From positions 17,217 to 81,216 of the forward strand of contig DAOSXE010000008.1 of the NCBI GenBank assembly GCA_035380285.1: a DNA stretch of 64,000 nt, given 5' to 3'. Below, piece by piece: positions 43,759 through 54,500 of this stretch; position 1 is the first letter of the stretch, and each line of letters begins with the position of its first letter. Made by a program: the position numbers and the translations under genes. The stretch comes from a bacterium. Its GTDB lineage: Bacteria; Auribacterota; Erginobacteria; Erginobacterales; DAOSXE01. The notes under the pieces are model-generated. The model saw only the letters and a list, made by a program, of their open reading frames with translations. It was not told where the DNA came from and did not search any database.

Positions 43759-45301
43759 CCGGCGCGTACAGAGCCCAGGCTCCATCCCGGAAAACGACTC
43801 TGGTAGTCCCGCTCCGGTCCGGGGCGGGCCCCAGCCAGAAAACGGGCCGCTTCAGCTCCCGGGATATCTCCTTCAGGACTTCCCCCCGGTCTCCGGAGCG
43901 GGCGCGGCCCAGCGTGCGCTCTCGGCGCCGGATTTCCCGGGGATCGGTTCCTATGGCGCGGAGAAAATCGATTCGGGCCAGGTAGGTGTCGCGTTCGGCC
44001 CGGGAGGGTACGTACCAGCCCCAGTCGGCCGCCACCACGGCGTCGCCCGGCAGCCCCTCCGCCGCTTTCCGGCAGACTGCCGCCGCTTCCGGTCGGAGCG
44101 GGTTCCGGTCTTTTTCCAGGCAGTACGCGGTCAGTCCCAGGGCGGTGGTGGGGAGACAGACGACGACGATCAGGAAAACGCCCCGCGCCGCGAACCCGCC
44201 CCTGATTCCGGAGCCGGCCATCAGGGCCAGGTGCACCGACAGCAGAAACGGCAGCTTGTATTCGTTGTACCCGCGCAGCCGCAGAAAGAGTACGGCCGCC
44301 GCCAGGACGGCCAGTCCGGCAGTAAAAAACCCCGCGTCCGGGCTCCGGTGCCTCCAGCCGCCGGCGAGCGCCAGCGCCAGAGCCGCCCAGAGCGGCAGCG
44401 GCAGCGCCAGCAGCATCCGCCATTGCGGCGCCCCCGGCGGCGCGAAGGCGAACCCGGAAACGCTTCCCGGCGCGAAGATCGAGTTCAGGTACGGCCAGAG
44501 GACGACGGCGGCGGCCGTCGCCGCCGCCGCGGGGACCGCCCACCCCGAAGCCCGTTTGCGGGAGAAGAGCAGCGTTCCGGCGCCGGCCGTTCCGGCATAG
44601 AGGAAGGCGGTCAGGAAAAGGACCGCGGCCGGGAACAGGTTGAGAAAGCCGATCAGGGCCAGTAGGGCCGCGCACCCCCCGAACCTCGCCGCGGAAGGTT
44701 TCCGGATCGTCGCCCGGAACAGGGCCAGACCCACCGCGTACCCGGCCAGTCCGGCCGGGAGGGAATTGGCGACCAGGAACTTGCTCATCATCATGCCCGC
44801 GGTGGTTTCCGCCGGCCCGGCGGAGACCGCGGGGAGGTAGCCCCAGATGCCTCCCGCTACGGCCGCGGCCAGAGCTTCCGACCCCCGCCGCGCCGCCGCT
44901 ATCCAGCCGAAGCCGTTGAGGCCCACGATCCCCAGCACCGCCGCCGCCGTTCCTCCGCTTCGACCGCCCCCGGCCGCCCGGGCTCCGGCGTACAGCGCGG
45001 CGCCGAGAACGGCGGCGGCCAGGGCCTGTCCCGCGGCCATGAGCGCTTCCGGGTCCGCTCCGGTTACGGACGCGGCGGCGACGAGGGCGTCGTACCCCCA
45101 GTAGTAAGCCAGTTTTTCCCCCGCCAGAAAGGGGTTCTCCGGCGGGATTCCCCCGCGCCGGACGGCCTCCACGATCCCCCGGTGGATCTGGGCGTCCGAG
45201 CGGGCCAGCAGGCTCGCGTTGCAGAGAAAGGGAAACGTCAGCGCCGCTCCCAGCAACCCCAGCGCGGCCGCCAGCAGCCTGTCTTTACAGCGTTCGGTCA
45301 T
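43649..45301 (-). CDS. polytopic membrane protein of unknown function (start trimmed to ATG 45301)
   Basis: About 12 hydrophobic helices with Ala/Gly-rich segments. The 3' P-rich tail overlaps the convergent gene by 110 nt, so the 3' end is uncertain. Confidence 0.45.
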   Translation of the reverse strand: MTERCKDRLLAAALGLLGAALTFPFLCNASLLARSDAQIHRGIVEAVRRGGIPPENPFLAGEKLAYYWGYDALVAAASVTGADPEALMAAGQALAAAVLGAALYAGARAAGGGRSGGTAAAVLGIVGLNGFGWIAAARRGSEALAAAVAGGIWGYLPAVSAGPAETTAGMMMSKFLVANSLPAGLAGYAVGLALFRATIRKPSAARFGGCAALLALIGFLNLFPAAVLFLTAFLYAGTAGAGTLLFSRKRASGWAVPAAAATAAAVVLWPYLNSIFAPGSVSGFAFAPPGAPQWRMLLALPLPLWAALALALAGGWRHRSPDAGFFTAGLAVLAAAVLFLRLRGYNEYKLPFLLSVHLALMAGSGIRGGFAARGVFLIVVVCLPTTALGLTAYCLEKDRNPLRPEAAAVCRKAAEGLPGDAVVAADWGWYVPSRAERDTYLARIDFLRAIGTDPREIRRRERTLGRARSGDRGEVLKEISRELKRPVFWLGPAPDRSGTTRVVFRDGAWALYAPVTGYSPKPGAAPSPPPAGGDRPRAGTAPGDRLPRNL

Positions 45302-45455
45302 GTTCCCGGTCGTCGATCCGAGGTGGAAGTGTCCGGTGATTTCGGGTATCCTCCCCACCGGTGATTATCACGGCGGACAATTCAATGTCATCAGTTATTC
45401 CCCCGCCCCGCCGGGTCGGACCGCCGGCGGGAGCCGTTACCCGGGACAGCGGCCG

Positions 45456-46388
45456 GTGAGGGTGCTGATTACGGGCGGCGCCGGATTTATCGGCAGCCAC
45501 CTCGCCGACGCTCTGCTCGAGAGCGGGGTGGAGGTGAGCGTTCTCGATAATTTCTCCTCCGGCCGCCCCGAATTTCTCGCCCGTGCCCGGGCGTATCCGG
45601 GGTTCCGGTTGTTCCGGGGTTCGATAGTGGAGCGGGAGGTGGTGGATGAAGCCCTGGGCGGGGTCGAATGCGTCTACCACTTCTGCGCCAACCCCGACAT
45701 CCGGGCGGGGCTGCAGGACCCCGGTATCGATTTCAGGGAAGAGACGCTGGCCACCTTTCGGCTCCTGGAGGCGATGCGCGCCCGCGGCTGTCGGAAGATG
45801 GTTTTCGCTTCCAGTTCGGTGGTGTACGGAGAAAGGCCGGTGCTGCCTACTCCCGAAGAGGCCCTGGGGCTGCCTATTTCATATTACGGCGCGGGCAAGG
45901 CGGCGGGCGAGGCCATGATCAGCGCGGCGGTCTGCTGTTCCGGTCTGGGAGCGGTTATCTTTCGTTTGGCCAACGTCGTCGGCCCCCGTCCTACTCACGG
46001 GGTGCTGTTCGATCTCCTGGCCCAGCTCCGCCTCGATCCCGCCCGCCTGCGCGTGCTCGGCGACGGCGCTCAGGAAAAATCGTATCTGCACGTCGACGAT
46101 TGCGTGCGGGGTGTGCTGGCCCTGGGAGACCCGGCTCCGGGGACCCTGGAAGTGTTCAATCTGGCCGGAGAGGGCACCGTTTCGGTGAAGCGGATTGTCG
46201 AACTGATCGCGGCCGTAACCGGTTTAAACCCCGAGGTGTCTTTCGGCGGCGGCCGGCAAGGTTGGCCCGGAGATGTCCCCCGCACCCATCTCGACGCCGC
46301 CCGGGCTCTCGGCCGCGGCTGGAAGGCTTCCCTGGATGCGGAAGCGGCGGTGCGCCGCGCCGCCGCCGAACTCTGGGAGGCGGGATGA
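45456..46388 (+). CDS. NAD-dependent epimerase/dehydratase (extended SDR; UDP-glucose 4-epimerase / dTDP-glucose 4,6-dehydratase-like)
   Basis: VLITGGAGFIGSHL (Rossmann GxxGxxG), YYGAGK (YxxxK). Start GTG 45456; the ORF from 45219 is an extension. Confidence 0.7.
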   Translation: MRVLITGGAGFIGSHLADALLESGVEVSVLDNFSSGRPEFLARARAYPGFRLFRGSIVEREVVDEALGGVECVYHFCANPDIRAGLQDPGIDFREETLATFRLLEAMRARGCRKMVFASSSVVYGERPVLPTPEEALGLPISYYGAGKAAGEAMISAAVCCSGLGAVIFRLANVVGPRPTHGVLFDLLAQLRLDPARLRVLGDGAQEKSYLHVDDCVRGVLALGDPAPGTLEVFNLAGEGTVSVKRIVELIAAVTGLNPEVSFGGGRQGWPGDVPRTHLDAARALGRGWKASLDAEAAVRRAAAELWEAG

Positions 46389-47110
46389 AGGAGATGCAGG
46401 CCGTGATTCTCTGCGGGGGCCTGGGAACGCGCTTGCGCCCCCTGACGGCCACGATTCCCAAAGCCCTGGTGGAAGTGGGCGGGCGCCCTTTTCTGGAGCA
46501 TCAGTTTCTGGAACTGCGGCGGCATTCGATCACCCGGATTCTGCTTCTGACCGGGTACCTGGGCGGGATGGTGGAGGATCGTTTCGGCGACGGAAGGGAG
46601 TGGGGGCTGGTGTTGAGCTATTCCCGGGAAGAGACGCCCCTGGGGACGGGAGGCGCTCTCCTTAGGGCGGCCCCGGGCCTGGAAGAGACGTTTTTTCTGA
46701 TCAACGGGGATACCTTTCTTCCCCTCGATTACCGCCGCTTGTCCCGGGCGTTTTCCGCGCGGTCCGGCGTCGGCCTGCTCAGCGTGGTCGCTTCCGCGGG
46801 GACCGGCCGGGTCCCCAATATCAGGCTGGGGGAGGCGGAGAAGGTGGTCGATTACCGCCGCCGGGGGCCGGCGGCGGAGGGTTTTACCCATGTCGACGCC
46901 GGCGTGGGAATATTCAGCCGGCGCCTGGTCGAGCATTTCCCCCCGGGCCCCGCCTTCGCTCTCGAAGAAACGGTATATCCGCTCCTGGCCGGCCGGGGGC
47001 TGCTGGGAAGTTTTTCCCCGGGCCACGATTTTTTCGATATCGGCACGCCGGAACGGCTGGCCGTTTTCGAAGACTACCTGCGTGAGAATGTCGGAGGGGC
47101 GGGGCGATGA
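46385..47110 (+). CDS. sugar-1-phosphate nucleotidyltransferase (NTP_transferase family)
   Basis: MQAVILCGGLGTRLRPLTATIPKALVEVGGRPFLEHQ (GxGTRL motif); ATGA overlap with the upstream stop. Confidence 0.75.
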   Translation: MKEMQAVILCGGLGTRLRPLTATIPKALVEVGGRPFLEHQFLELRRHSITRILLLTGYLGGMVEDRFGDGREWGLVLSYSREETPLGTGGALLRAAPGLEETFFLINGDTFLPLDYRRLSRAFSARSGVGLLSVVASAGTGRVPNIRLGEAEKVVDYRRRGPAAEGFTHVDAGVGIFSRRLVEHFPPGPAFALEETVYPLLAGRGLLGSFSPGHDFFDIGTPERLAVFEDYLRENVGGAGR

Positions 47111-48627
47111 AAACCGCCTTGCTCAGCGTCACCGATAAGACCGGGGTGGCGGACCTGGCCCGGGGTCTGGCCCGGGAGGGCTATTCCCTGGTCGCCAGCG
47201 GTGGAACCGCCGCCGCCGTGGAAGACGCCGGGGTGCCGGTTCGGCGCGTCGCCGATCTGACCGGTTTTCCGGAACTCCTGGGGGGAAAGGTCAAGACCCT
47301 GCACCCCGCCGTCCATGCCGCGGTCCTCGCCCGCCGCGCGGACCCGGGAGAGATGGGGGAGCTGGCGGCCGCGGGGGTCGCGCCCATCGATCTGGTCGCG
47401 GTCAACCTCTACCGTTTCGGGGAATGGGTCGAGGCCGGGACCGCTCACCCGGAGGCCGGGATCGATATCGGGGGTGCGGCGCTCCTGCGGGCCGCCGCCA
47501 AGAATTGGGAAGACGTCGTCGTTCTCTGCGATCCGGACGATTACGCCCCGGTGCTGGCGGCCCTTTCCCGGGGAGGGGTTCCGGCCGATTTCCGTCGGCG
47601 TCTGGCCGCCAAGGCCTTCGCGCTGACGGCGCGCTACGACGCCGAAATCGCGGCGTGGATGGAAGGCGAGGAATTCCCCCCCGGCGTCTGCTGCGGATAC
47701 GGGCTGAGCCGCCGCCTCCGCTACGGGGAGAATCCGCATCAGCGGGCGGCCCTCTACGCCGGGGGACCGGGGGCCGGCGCCGGACTAGCCGCCGCGCGCC
47801 AGCTCCACGGCAAGGAACTCTCCTACAACAACATCATCGACCTGGACAGCGCCCTCAGCCTGATCCTGGAATTTTCCGCCCCCGCCGCGGTCATCGTCAA
47901 GCATACCAACCCCTGCGGCGCCGCCCTGGCCGCCGCGCTCGAGCCGGCCTTCCGCCGCGCCCTCGCCGCCGACCCCAAGTCGGCTTTCGGGGGCATCGTC
48001 GCGCTCAACCGGGAAGTGGACGCCGCCACCGCCGCCGCCGCCGCTTCTTTTTTCGCCGAAGCGGTCGTGGCCCCCGGCTTCGCCCCCGGGGCGTTGGAGA
48101 TACTCACCCGGAAAAAGAATCTCCGCCTGCTGGAGACCGGCCCCTTCCGGGCCCGGGACCCGTTCCTGCGTTTTCGATCGGTTTACGGCGGCCTGCTCCT
48201 TCAGGACGAGGATAGCCGGGGTTGGGACCCCGCCGCTCTCGATCCGGTGACCGCGGCCAGGGTCCCGACCGCGCTGCTGCCGACGCTCGGGTTCGCCTGG
48301 CTGGTGGGAAAGCACGTCAAGTCCAACGCCATCGTCCTGGCCCGGGACGAGGCGGTAGTGGGGGTGGGGGCCGGGCAGATGAGCCGGATCGACGCCGCCC
48401 GGCTGGCTTTGGAAAAAGCCGCCGACGCCGGGCTGGACGTCCGGGGGGCGGTGCTGGCATCGGACGCTTTTTTCCCCTTCCGGGACGTCGTCGATCTGGC
48501 CGCGGCGGCCGGGGTGGCGGCGATCGTGCAGCCCGGGGGTTCCATCCGGGACCGCGATTCCATCCGGGCCTGCGACGAGCACGGTCTGGCCATGGTCTTC
48601 ACCGGCACCCGTCATTTCCGGCACTGA
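47107..48627 (+). CDS. purH: bifunctional AICAR transformylase / IMP cyclohydrolase
   Basis: [13 protein letters not shown] (MGS-like), [41 protein letters not shown] overlap with the upstream stop. Confidence 0.9.
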   Translation: MKTALLSVTDKTGVADLARGLAREGYSLVASGGTAAAVEDAGVPVRRVADLTGFPELLGGKVKTLHPAVHAAVLARRADPGEMGELAAAGVAPIDLVAVNLYRFGEWVEAGTAHPEAGIDIGGAALLRAAAKNWEDVVVLCDPDDYAPVLAALSRGGVPADFRRRLAAKAFALTARYDAEIAAWMEGEEFPPGVCCGYGLSRRLRYGENPHQRAALYAGGPGAGAGLAAARQLHGKELSYNNIIDLDSALSLILEFSAPAAVIVKHTNPCGAALAAALEPAFRRALAADPKSAFGGIVALNREVDAATAAAAASFFAEAVVAPGFAPGALEILTRKKNLRLLETGPFRARDPFLRFRSVYGGLLLQDEDSRGWDPAALDPVTAARVPTALLPTLGFAWLVGKHVKSNAIVLARDEAVVGVGAGQMSRIDAARLALEKAADAGLDVRGAVLASDAFFPFRDVVDLAAAAGVAAIVQPGGSIRDRDSIRACDEHGLAMVFTGTRHFRH

Positions 48628-48650
48628 TCCCCGATCCCGCCGCTCCGGAT

Positions 48651-49262
48651 TCAGAGACCGAGGGTCAGGTTCTTGAGCCGGTCGTCCCCCACGCTTTCGG
48701 CCAGGTATCGCATGACCTGGTCCATCCGGGCGTCGAGGTTGCCGTGGATTTCGAGCTTGGGGCCGGTGAACGCATTCCAGCGCCGTTGCAGGCGTTCCTC
48801 GATGTCGATCTGGAAGAGTTCGTTGGTGGAGCGGACTCCGTCTTCCATCCCCCGGTTGGCGCTCAGGCGCAGATTCTCCTCGAGCCGGATGTAGACGAGC
48901 AGGGTGTAGGTCGAAACCCAGGTTTCTGCGGCGGCCCGGATGACGCCGAAGACGCGGGGATCGACGTAGCCGAGTTCGGCTCCCCGTTCGGCGAAGACCG
49001 AATTGTCCAGGACGCAGCGGTCGCAGAGCAGGAAATCGGGGAGGAGTTCGGCATGGTCGAGTTCCAGCCGGATCTGCTCCTTGAGTATCCAGTACTGTCC
49101 CCGGGTGACCTGCCCGCTTTCGTTGATATCGTAGGGGCAGAGCCGGGAGAGTTCCGGGACCAGTTCGACCTGGAAGGCCCGGTACTTCAGTTCGCTGAAA
49201 AGACGGTGAACGAAGGTGGTCTTGCCCACGCCGAAGGTCCCGATGACGCCGATCTTCTGCAT
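48651..49262 (-). CDS. P-loop NTPase, deoxynucleoside-kinase-like (predicted ATP-binding protein)
   Basis: IGVIGTFGVGKTT (Walker A), CDRCVLDNSVF (ERS-like motif), R-rich lid-like segment. Function is tentative. Confidence 0.6.
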   Translation of the reverse strand: MQKIGVIGTFGVGKTTFVHRLFSELKYRAFQVELVPELSRLCPYDINESGQVTRGQYWILKEQIRLELDHAELLPDFLLCDRCVLDNSVFAERGAELGYVDPRVFGVIRAAAETWVSTYTLLVYIRLEENLRLSANRGMEDGVRSTNELFQIDIEERLQRRWNAFTGPKLEIHGNLDARMDQVMRYLAESVGDDRLKNLTLGL

Positions 49263-49364
49263 GAACCTATTATCGGCGAAGATCCTCCCCGGATGAAGCG
49301 GTTTCTGTCCGCCCGGGAAATTCGCGGTTCGGTCTGGGTCCGTCCGCGGGGTACAATTCGGGGC

Positions 49365-51449
49365 ATGAACCGGACGTGGACGCGGTTTGCCCTACTCGGA
49401 TGCGTGGTCTTTGCGGTCTACCTGCCGTACCTGGACAACCCCTTCGTCTGGGACGACGAGCCCCTGGTCGTCCGCAACCCCCTGCTTCGGGACCCGTCCC
49501 GCTGGGACCGCCTCCTGACCGACCAGCTTCACGCCTTTGGGGTTCGGGGCGGAAATTACTGGCGTCCTGCCGCGGGGTTGAGCTTGGCTCTCGATTATCT
49601 GGTCTGGGGCCCGCGTCCGGCCGGCTTTCGCCTGACCGGGGTTGCGCTGCACGCCGTCAATTCTTTCCTGGTTTCCTCTCTGCTGATCGGGTTGGGCGCG
49701 TCACCGCCGGCGGCCGCGGTCGGCGCCGCGTTTTACGCGGTCAATCCCGCCTGGTCTTCGGTTGTCGGGTATGTGGCTTCCCGGTCCGACCTTCTCTGCG
49801 CGTTCTTCGTGCTCTCGGGTCTTTGGGCGGCTCTCCGCCGCGGCTGGCCGGGCGTTCTGGTTCCGATCGGCTGTTATGCCGGGGCGTTGGCTTCGCGGGA
49901 AGCCGCGGTGATGTTCCCGCTGCTTCTGATCTGGATGGGGTGGGTCGAGAAGCGCCGCGGCCTGTTGGCCGTCGCCGCCGCCTGCCTGGCGGTGGCCGGG
50001 GCGTGGTGGCTGGCGCGCGGGGCCGTGGTCGCGGCCCCGGTTCCGCCCTGGGCCGCGGCGACGGCCGGGCTTCGGCTTCCCGCGGTACTGCTTTCCTACC
50101 TCGGTATTTTTTATTTCCCCGTCAACCCCCACCTCTTGCGGTGGCTGCCTCCTCCTCCGTCGCCGTTGGCCCCCGGCTTCCTCCTCCCGCTCTTCCCCCT
50201 GGCGGTCCTGGTCGCCGCCGCCGTCCGCTTCCGCTCTCTGCGGCCGGGTTTGGGCTTTTTCCTGATCGCCGTTTCCCCGTACCTGGGGTTCTACCCTCTG
50301 GCCGCCCCTCTCGCCGACAACTGGCTCTACCTCCCCGCCGCCGGCCTGGTCCTGCTCGCCGCCCCCTTCTGGAGCGCCGCCGCGCGCCGCCGCTGGCCGG
50401 CGCTGGCGGTCGTGGGGGTTCTGGGGGCGGGAACCGTTGTGCAGGCGCGTTTCTGGTCCGACCCCGTCGCGCTGTATCTCCGTACCGTTTCCGCGGCCCC
50501 GCCGGACTCGCTCCGGGAGGCCCGGGGGCGCCGCCTGGGAGGCGTCTTCGGCAACCTCGGCGACGAATACGCGGCCCGCGGCGAAGCGGACAGGGCCCGG
50601 AGATGGTTTTTCCGGGCCCTGCGGGTCGATCCGGAAAACGTAGCCGCTCTCGACGGCCAGGGGAGGCTTCTGGCCCGGGAAGGCGAATTCCGCGCGGCGG
50701 AGGCGGCTTACCTCCGGGCCCTGGCCCTCCGCCCGGACCAGCCGGAAACGCTTTCCAACCTGGGTCGTCTCTGGGCCGACCTGGGCTTGTTCGCCAAGGC
50801 GGAGGCGGTCGTGCGCCGGGCTCTGGCCGCGGATCCGCTCCTCTCCGAAGCTTGGGGCAACCTGGCCCTGGTTCAGGCCCGGACCGGCGACTATGGGGCC
50901 GCCCTGCGGTCGTGGCGCCGCGCCGCCGCGCTCGACCCGGGCATTTCCGAATACGCGCTCAATCTGGAACGGGTCGGTCGCCTGGCGTCCTCGGCGCCGG
51001 ATCCGGCGAGGGAGGAGAAGTTCTTCGCGCTCGGCGCCCGGCGCGAAGAGGCCGGGGATCTCCCGGGGGCCCGGGCGGCGTACCGGGAAGCCTTCCGCCA
51101 TCCAGCCGCCGCGCTCAACCTGGGGCGTCTCTGCCGGGCGGCGGGCAACCCCGTCGGGGCCATCGAGGCCTACCGCCGCGCCCTCTTCCTGGACGGATCG
51201 TTGGCGGAGGCCCGGGTCAACCTGGCCAACGTTTATACGGACATGGGATTTTTCGCGGCCGCCGCCGCCGAATGCCGCGCGGCCGCCGCCCGGGAGCCTT
51301 CCCCCGGCGTTTTCAACGCCTGGGGCCGCGCCCTGGGGGAGGGCGGAGACCTGAAGGCGGCGGCGGAGAAGTGGGAAAAGGCGCTGGAGCTCGATCCCGG
51401 TTTCGCGCCGGCGGCCCGCAACCTCGAGAAAGTCCGTTCCCTCCGCTAA
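49365..51449 (+). CDS. TMTC-like GT-C membrane protein with C-terminal TPR repeats
   Basis: ATG 49365. N-terminal polytopic domain with PYLDNPFVWDDEPLV motif and about 9 more helices, then a TPR region ([44 protein letters not shown]...). The ORF from 48222 is an extension. Confidence 0.65.
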   Translation: MNRTWTRFALLGCVVFAVYLPYLDNPFVWDDEPLVVRNPLLRDPSRWDRLLTDQLHAFGVRGGNYWRPAAGLSLALDYLVWGPRPAGFRLTGVALHAVNSFLVSSLLIGLGASPPAAAVGAAFYAVNPAWSSVVGYVASRSDLLCAFFVLSGLWAALRRGWPGVLVPIGCYAGALASREAAVMFPLLLIWMGWVEKRRGLLAVAAACLAVAGAWWLARGAVVAAPVPPWAAATAGLRLPAVLLSYLGIFYFPVNPHLLRWLPPPPSPLAPGFLLPLFPLAVLVAAAVRFRSLRPGLGFFLIAVSPYLGFYPLAAPLADNWLYLPAAGLVLLAAPFWSAAARRRWPALAVVGVLGAGTVVQARFWSDPVALYLRTVSAAPPDSLREARGRRLGGVFGNLGDEYAARGEADRARRWFFRALRVDPENVAALDGQGRLLAREGEFRAAEAAYLRALALRPDQPETLSNLGRLWADLGLFAKAEAVVRRALAADPLLSEAWGNLALVQARTGDYGAALRSWRRAAALDPGISEYALNLERVGRLASSAPDPAREEKFFALGARREEAGDLPGARAAYREAFRHPAAALNLGRLCRAAGNPVGAIEAYRRALFLDGSLAEARVNLANVYTDMGFFAAAAAECRAAAAREPSPGVFNAWGRALGEGGDLKAAAEKWEKALELDPGFAPAARNLEKVRSLR

Positions 51450-51555
51450 ATCCCGGATTTAGCTTGTCGCGCTCCCGGCCGGGGCATACAATCGACAAAA
51501 AGCAGGGGTCTGTCGGTCCCTGGTATATCCGGAAATCAGCAACAGGGAGAGGAGT

Positions 51556-54500
51556 ATGAACAGGTCGGCATTGGTCACCGCGGGGCTGCTGGTCTTTATG
51601 GCCGTGGTCGCCGCTTCGAGCTGGGCGGTCCCCATTTCCGATATTCAGAACGGGACCATCCCGGTGGGGTCGACGGCCACCATCACCGGGGTCGTAAACT
51701 TCGTCGATTCCGATATCGCGCAGAGTTCGGGCAATTACGATTTCTACGTGGCCGATGCCGCCGGCGCCTACAACGGCATCTGCATCTATCAAGGGGCGTA
51801 CGGGGTGGATATCGGCGATTCCGTGACCATGACCGGCGAGGTGGACGAGTACAACGGCAAAACCGAGCTCAAGTCGCCCACCGCCTTCGCCATCAACTCC
51901 CGGGGCAACGTTCCCTACGCGCCGGTTGTGGTGACCGCCGCCAACTTCCAGAACACCGAGTACGACGGCTGTCTGGTCTCCCTGGAGAACGTTCAGGTGA
52001 CCAACGAGGACGCCGGGAACGGCCGCTGGCAGATCCAGCCGGTCGGGGGCGGCACCGCCGTGACCATCGACGACGAACTCGACTACAACTACTTCCCCAC
52101 CAACGGCGACGTTTTTGACTCCATCACCGGGATTGTCGTCCGCGACACCTCGGCTTCGCCCAACCAGATCCTCCAGCCCCGCTTCACCGCCGATTTCGCC
52201 GCCTCCAGCGACATCATCCCCAGCTACGCCCTCCACGGGACGGTGGTGACCATGGACTCCGGGTTCAACGTCTACGAGAACGCCTACATCGTCGTCGACG
52301 GCGACGAAATCGCCGAGGTGACGACGTCGCCCCCGGCGGTCAAGGTGATCGACGTCGACGGCCTCATCTTCCCCGGCCTGATCAGCACTCACGACCACCT
52401 GGCCTACGACATGTGGGACTTCATCCCCTTCACCGAAGCCCCCGATTTCGTCGGGCGCAACGAGTGGGCCGCGACCCAGATGTACTGCGACTTCAAGGCC
52501 CAGTACTCCGCCTTCGCCAGCTACTACGATCAGATCGGCAAGTTGGTCGAGGTCCGGATGGCCTCTTCCGGCTGCACCGTCACCCAATCCCAGGTTTCCA
52601 GCCGGATCAACCACAGCGACGACGGGATCGCCAAGCTCGGGATCGGGATCCTCAACGGGGAGCGCTACCCCGGCCGCTGCTACGACAAGGTGGTCGGGAC
52701 CACCGACGCCAGCGATTGGGGCGACTGGCACAACGCCGCCGTCGCCGGCCGCGTCGAGCGCTATATCGTCCACCTGGCGGAGACCACCGACAAGGGCGGC
52801 GATATGATCAACCAGTGGAACGACTGGAAGTCGTTCGCTTCCTTCGACGGCTACGACACCATCATCCACGGGATCAACATCCCCGCCGCCGAATACGCGC
52901 TCTTCAACCACGGCACCGACGTCTGGGGCAACCCCCTCCAGACCGTGCTCTCCTGGGCCTGCAAATCGAACATGCTCCTCTACGACGAAACCGCCGACGT
53001 CGGCGGCGCCCTGGCCCAGGGGGCCGTGGTCGCCCTGGCTCCGGACTGGACCGAGTCGGGGATGCCCAACATGCTGGCCGAACTCAACTTCTGCCGCTGG
53101 GTGGCGTTCGAGAACGCCTGGAGCATCCAGACCCGGACCTTCGTCGAGATGGTGACCACCAACGCCGCCCACGGGTTCGGGCAGTCCGACCGGCTGGGCT
53201 CGATCGAGGCGGGCAAGGTCGCCAACTTCATGGTCATCGATAACGGTCCCGGCGACCCCTACGACGACCTGCTCATGGTCGCCGGCGGCGGCGCCGACGC
53301 CGATTACCGCTGCGGTCCCCAGGAGGTCAAGCTGACCGTGGTGGCCGGTCGCCCCATCTACGGCGACGGCGATCTGCTCACCGCCGCCAACTTCCCCTTC
53401 CTCGACCCCGCCACCATCGAAGACATCACCATCTGCTCCGCTCCCAAGAAGCTCAGCATAGCCCGCCACGCCAATATCGACGGGTACGGGTTCGACGAGC
53501 TCTTCAACGATTTCTACCTGACCCTCTGGGAAAAATATCAATTCAGCAGCAAGTACCCCTGCGACTTCCTCTCCTACGACCCCGCCGACGTGCTTCCCCC
53601 CACCCCCATGCCCACCCCGACCCCGCCCGCCGGCACCTACGTCATCATTGCCGCCGACGACGACGCCTGCGACCACAACAGCTACTTCTCCGCCGACGCC
53701 GACTATATCTACATCGGCAACCGGGGCGGCACTTCCGGGGTCTACACCGGAGGCTTCCGTTTCGAGAACTTCAACGTCCCCCAGGGAGCGACCATCACCT
53801 CCGCGGTTCTCTACATGACCCAGTACCCCTACTCCTCCAAGACCTCGATGGGGGTCACCGTCTACGGGGACAAGTCCACCAACTCCGCCGCTTTCTCCTC
53901 GGGCGACCAGCCCCACGAGCGGCCCTCGACCACCGCCACCGTCGCCTGGACTTTCCCGGCTCCCGCCTATGAAGCCACCATCACCAGCCCCCAACTGAGC
54001 GCGATCGTCGAAGAGATCGTAGGGCAGGGCGGATGGAGCGCCGGGTCGCCCCTGACCCTCCTGGTTCAAGGCAACAACCCGGCGGTGGACCAGAGGAACC
54101 GGGTGTATTCCTACAACGCCGACCCGGCCAAGGCGGCCTGGTTGGTCGTCGAGTATGACGCCGTCACCCCCACGCCCACCCCCGAGGGGTACAAGACCCC
54201 CACGCCGCCCCCGACCTCGACCCCCACCGCTCCGCCTTCGCCCACCCCCGAGGGGTACAAGACCCCGATCCCGACCCCCACGCCCTCCTACGTCAACCTC
54301 CTCCCCAACCCCAGCTTCGAGTACTGGACCGGCGGCACGCCGGACGACTGGACCCCGGTCACCGGAGCGGTCGTGGCCGAAGAAACCGGCACCGTCCATG
54401 CCGGGTCCAAGAGCCTCTCCCTGAGCGTCACCGGAACCGCCGGGACCTACGGGAAGGGGATCTACGCCGACGCCGAGCCCACCGTGGAAGGGAACACCTA

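Noticed and set aside
41560-43785. 741-aa minus-strand ORF opposite the UbiA-NPP fusion gene (similarly 31309-34224, 11143-12792, 8339-9406, 16871-18727, 19234-20095 region and 24336-25757)
   Set aside because: All are antisense shadows or out-of-frame overlaps of genes with clear homology-like motifs, and show compositional low complexity typical of GC-rich non-coding frames.
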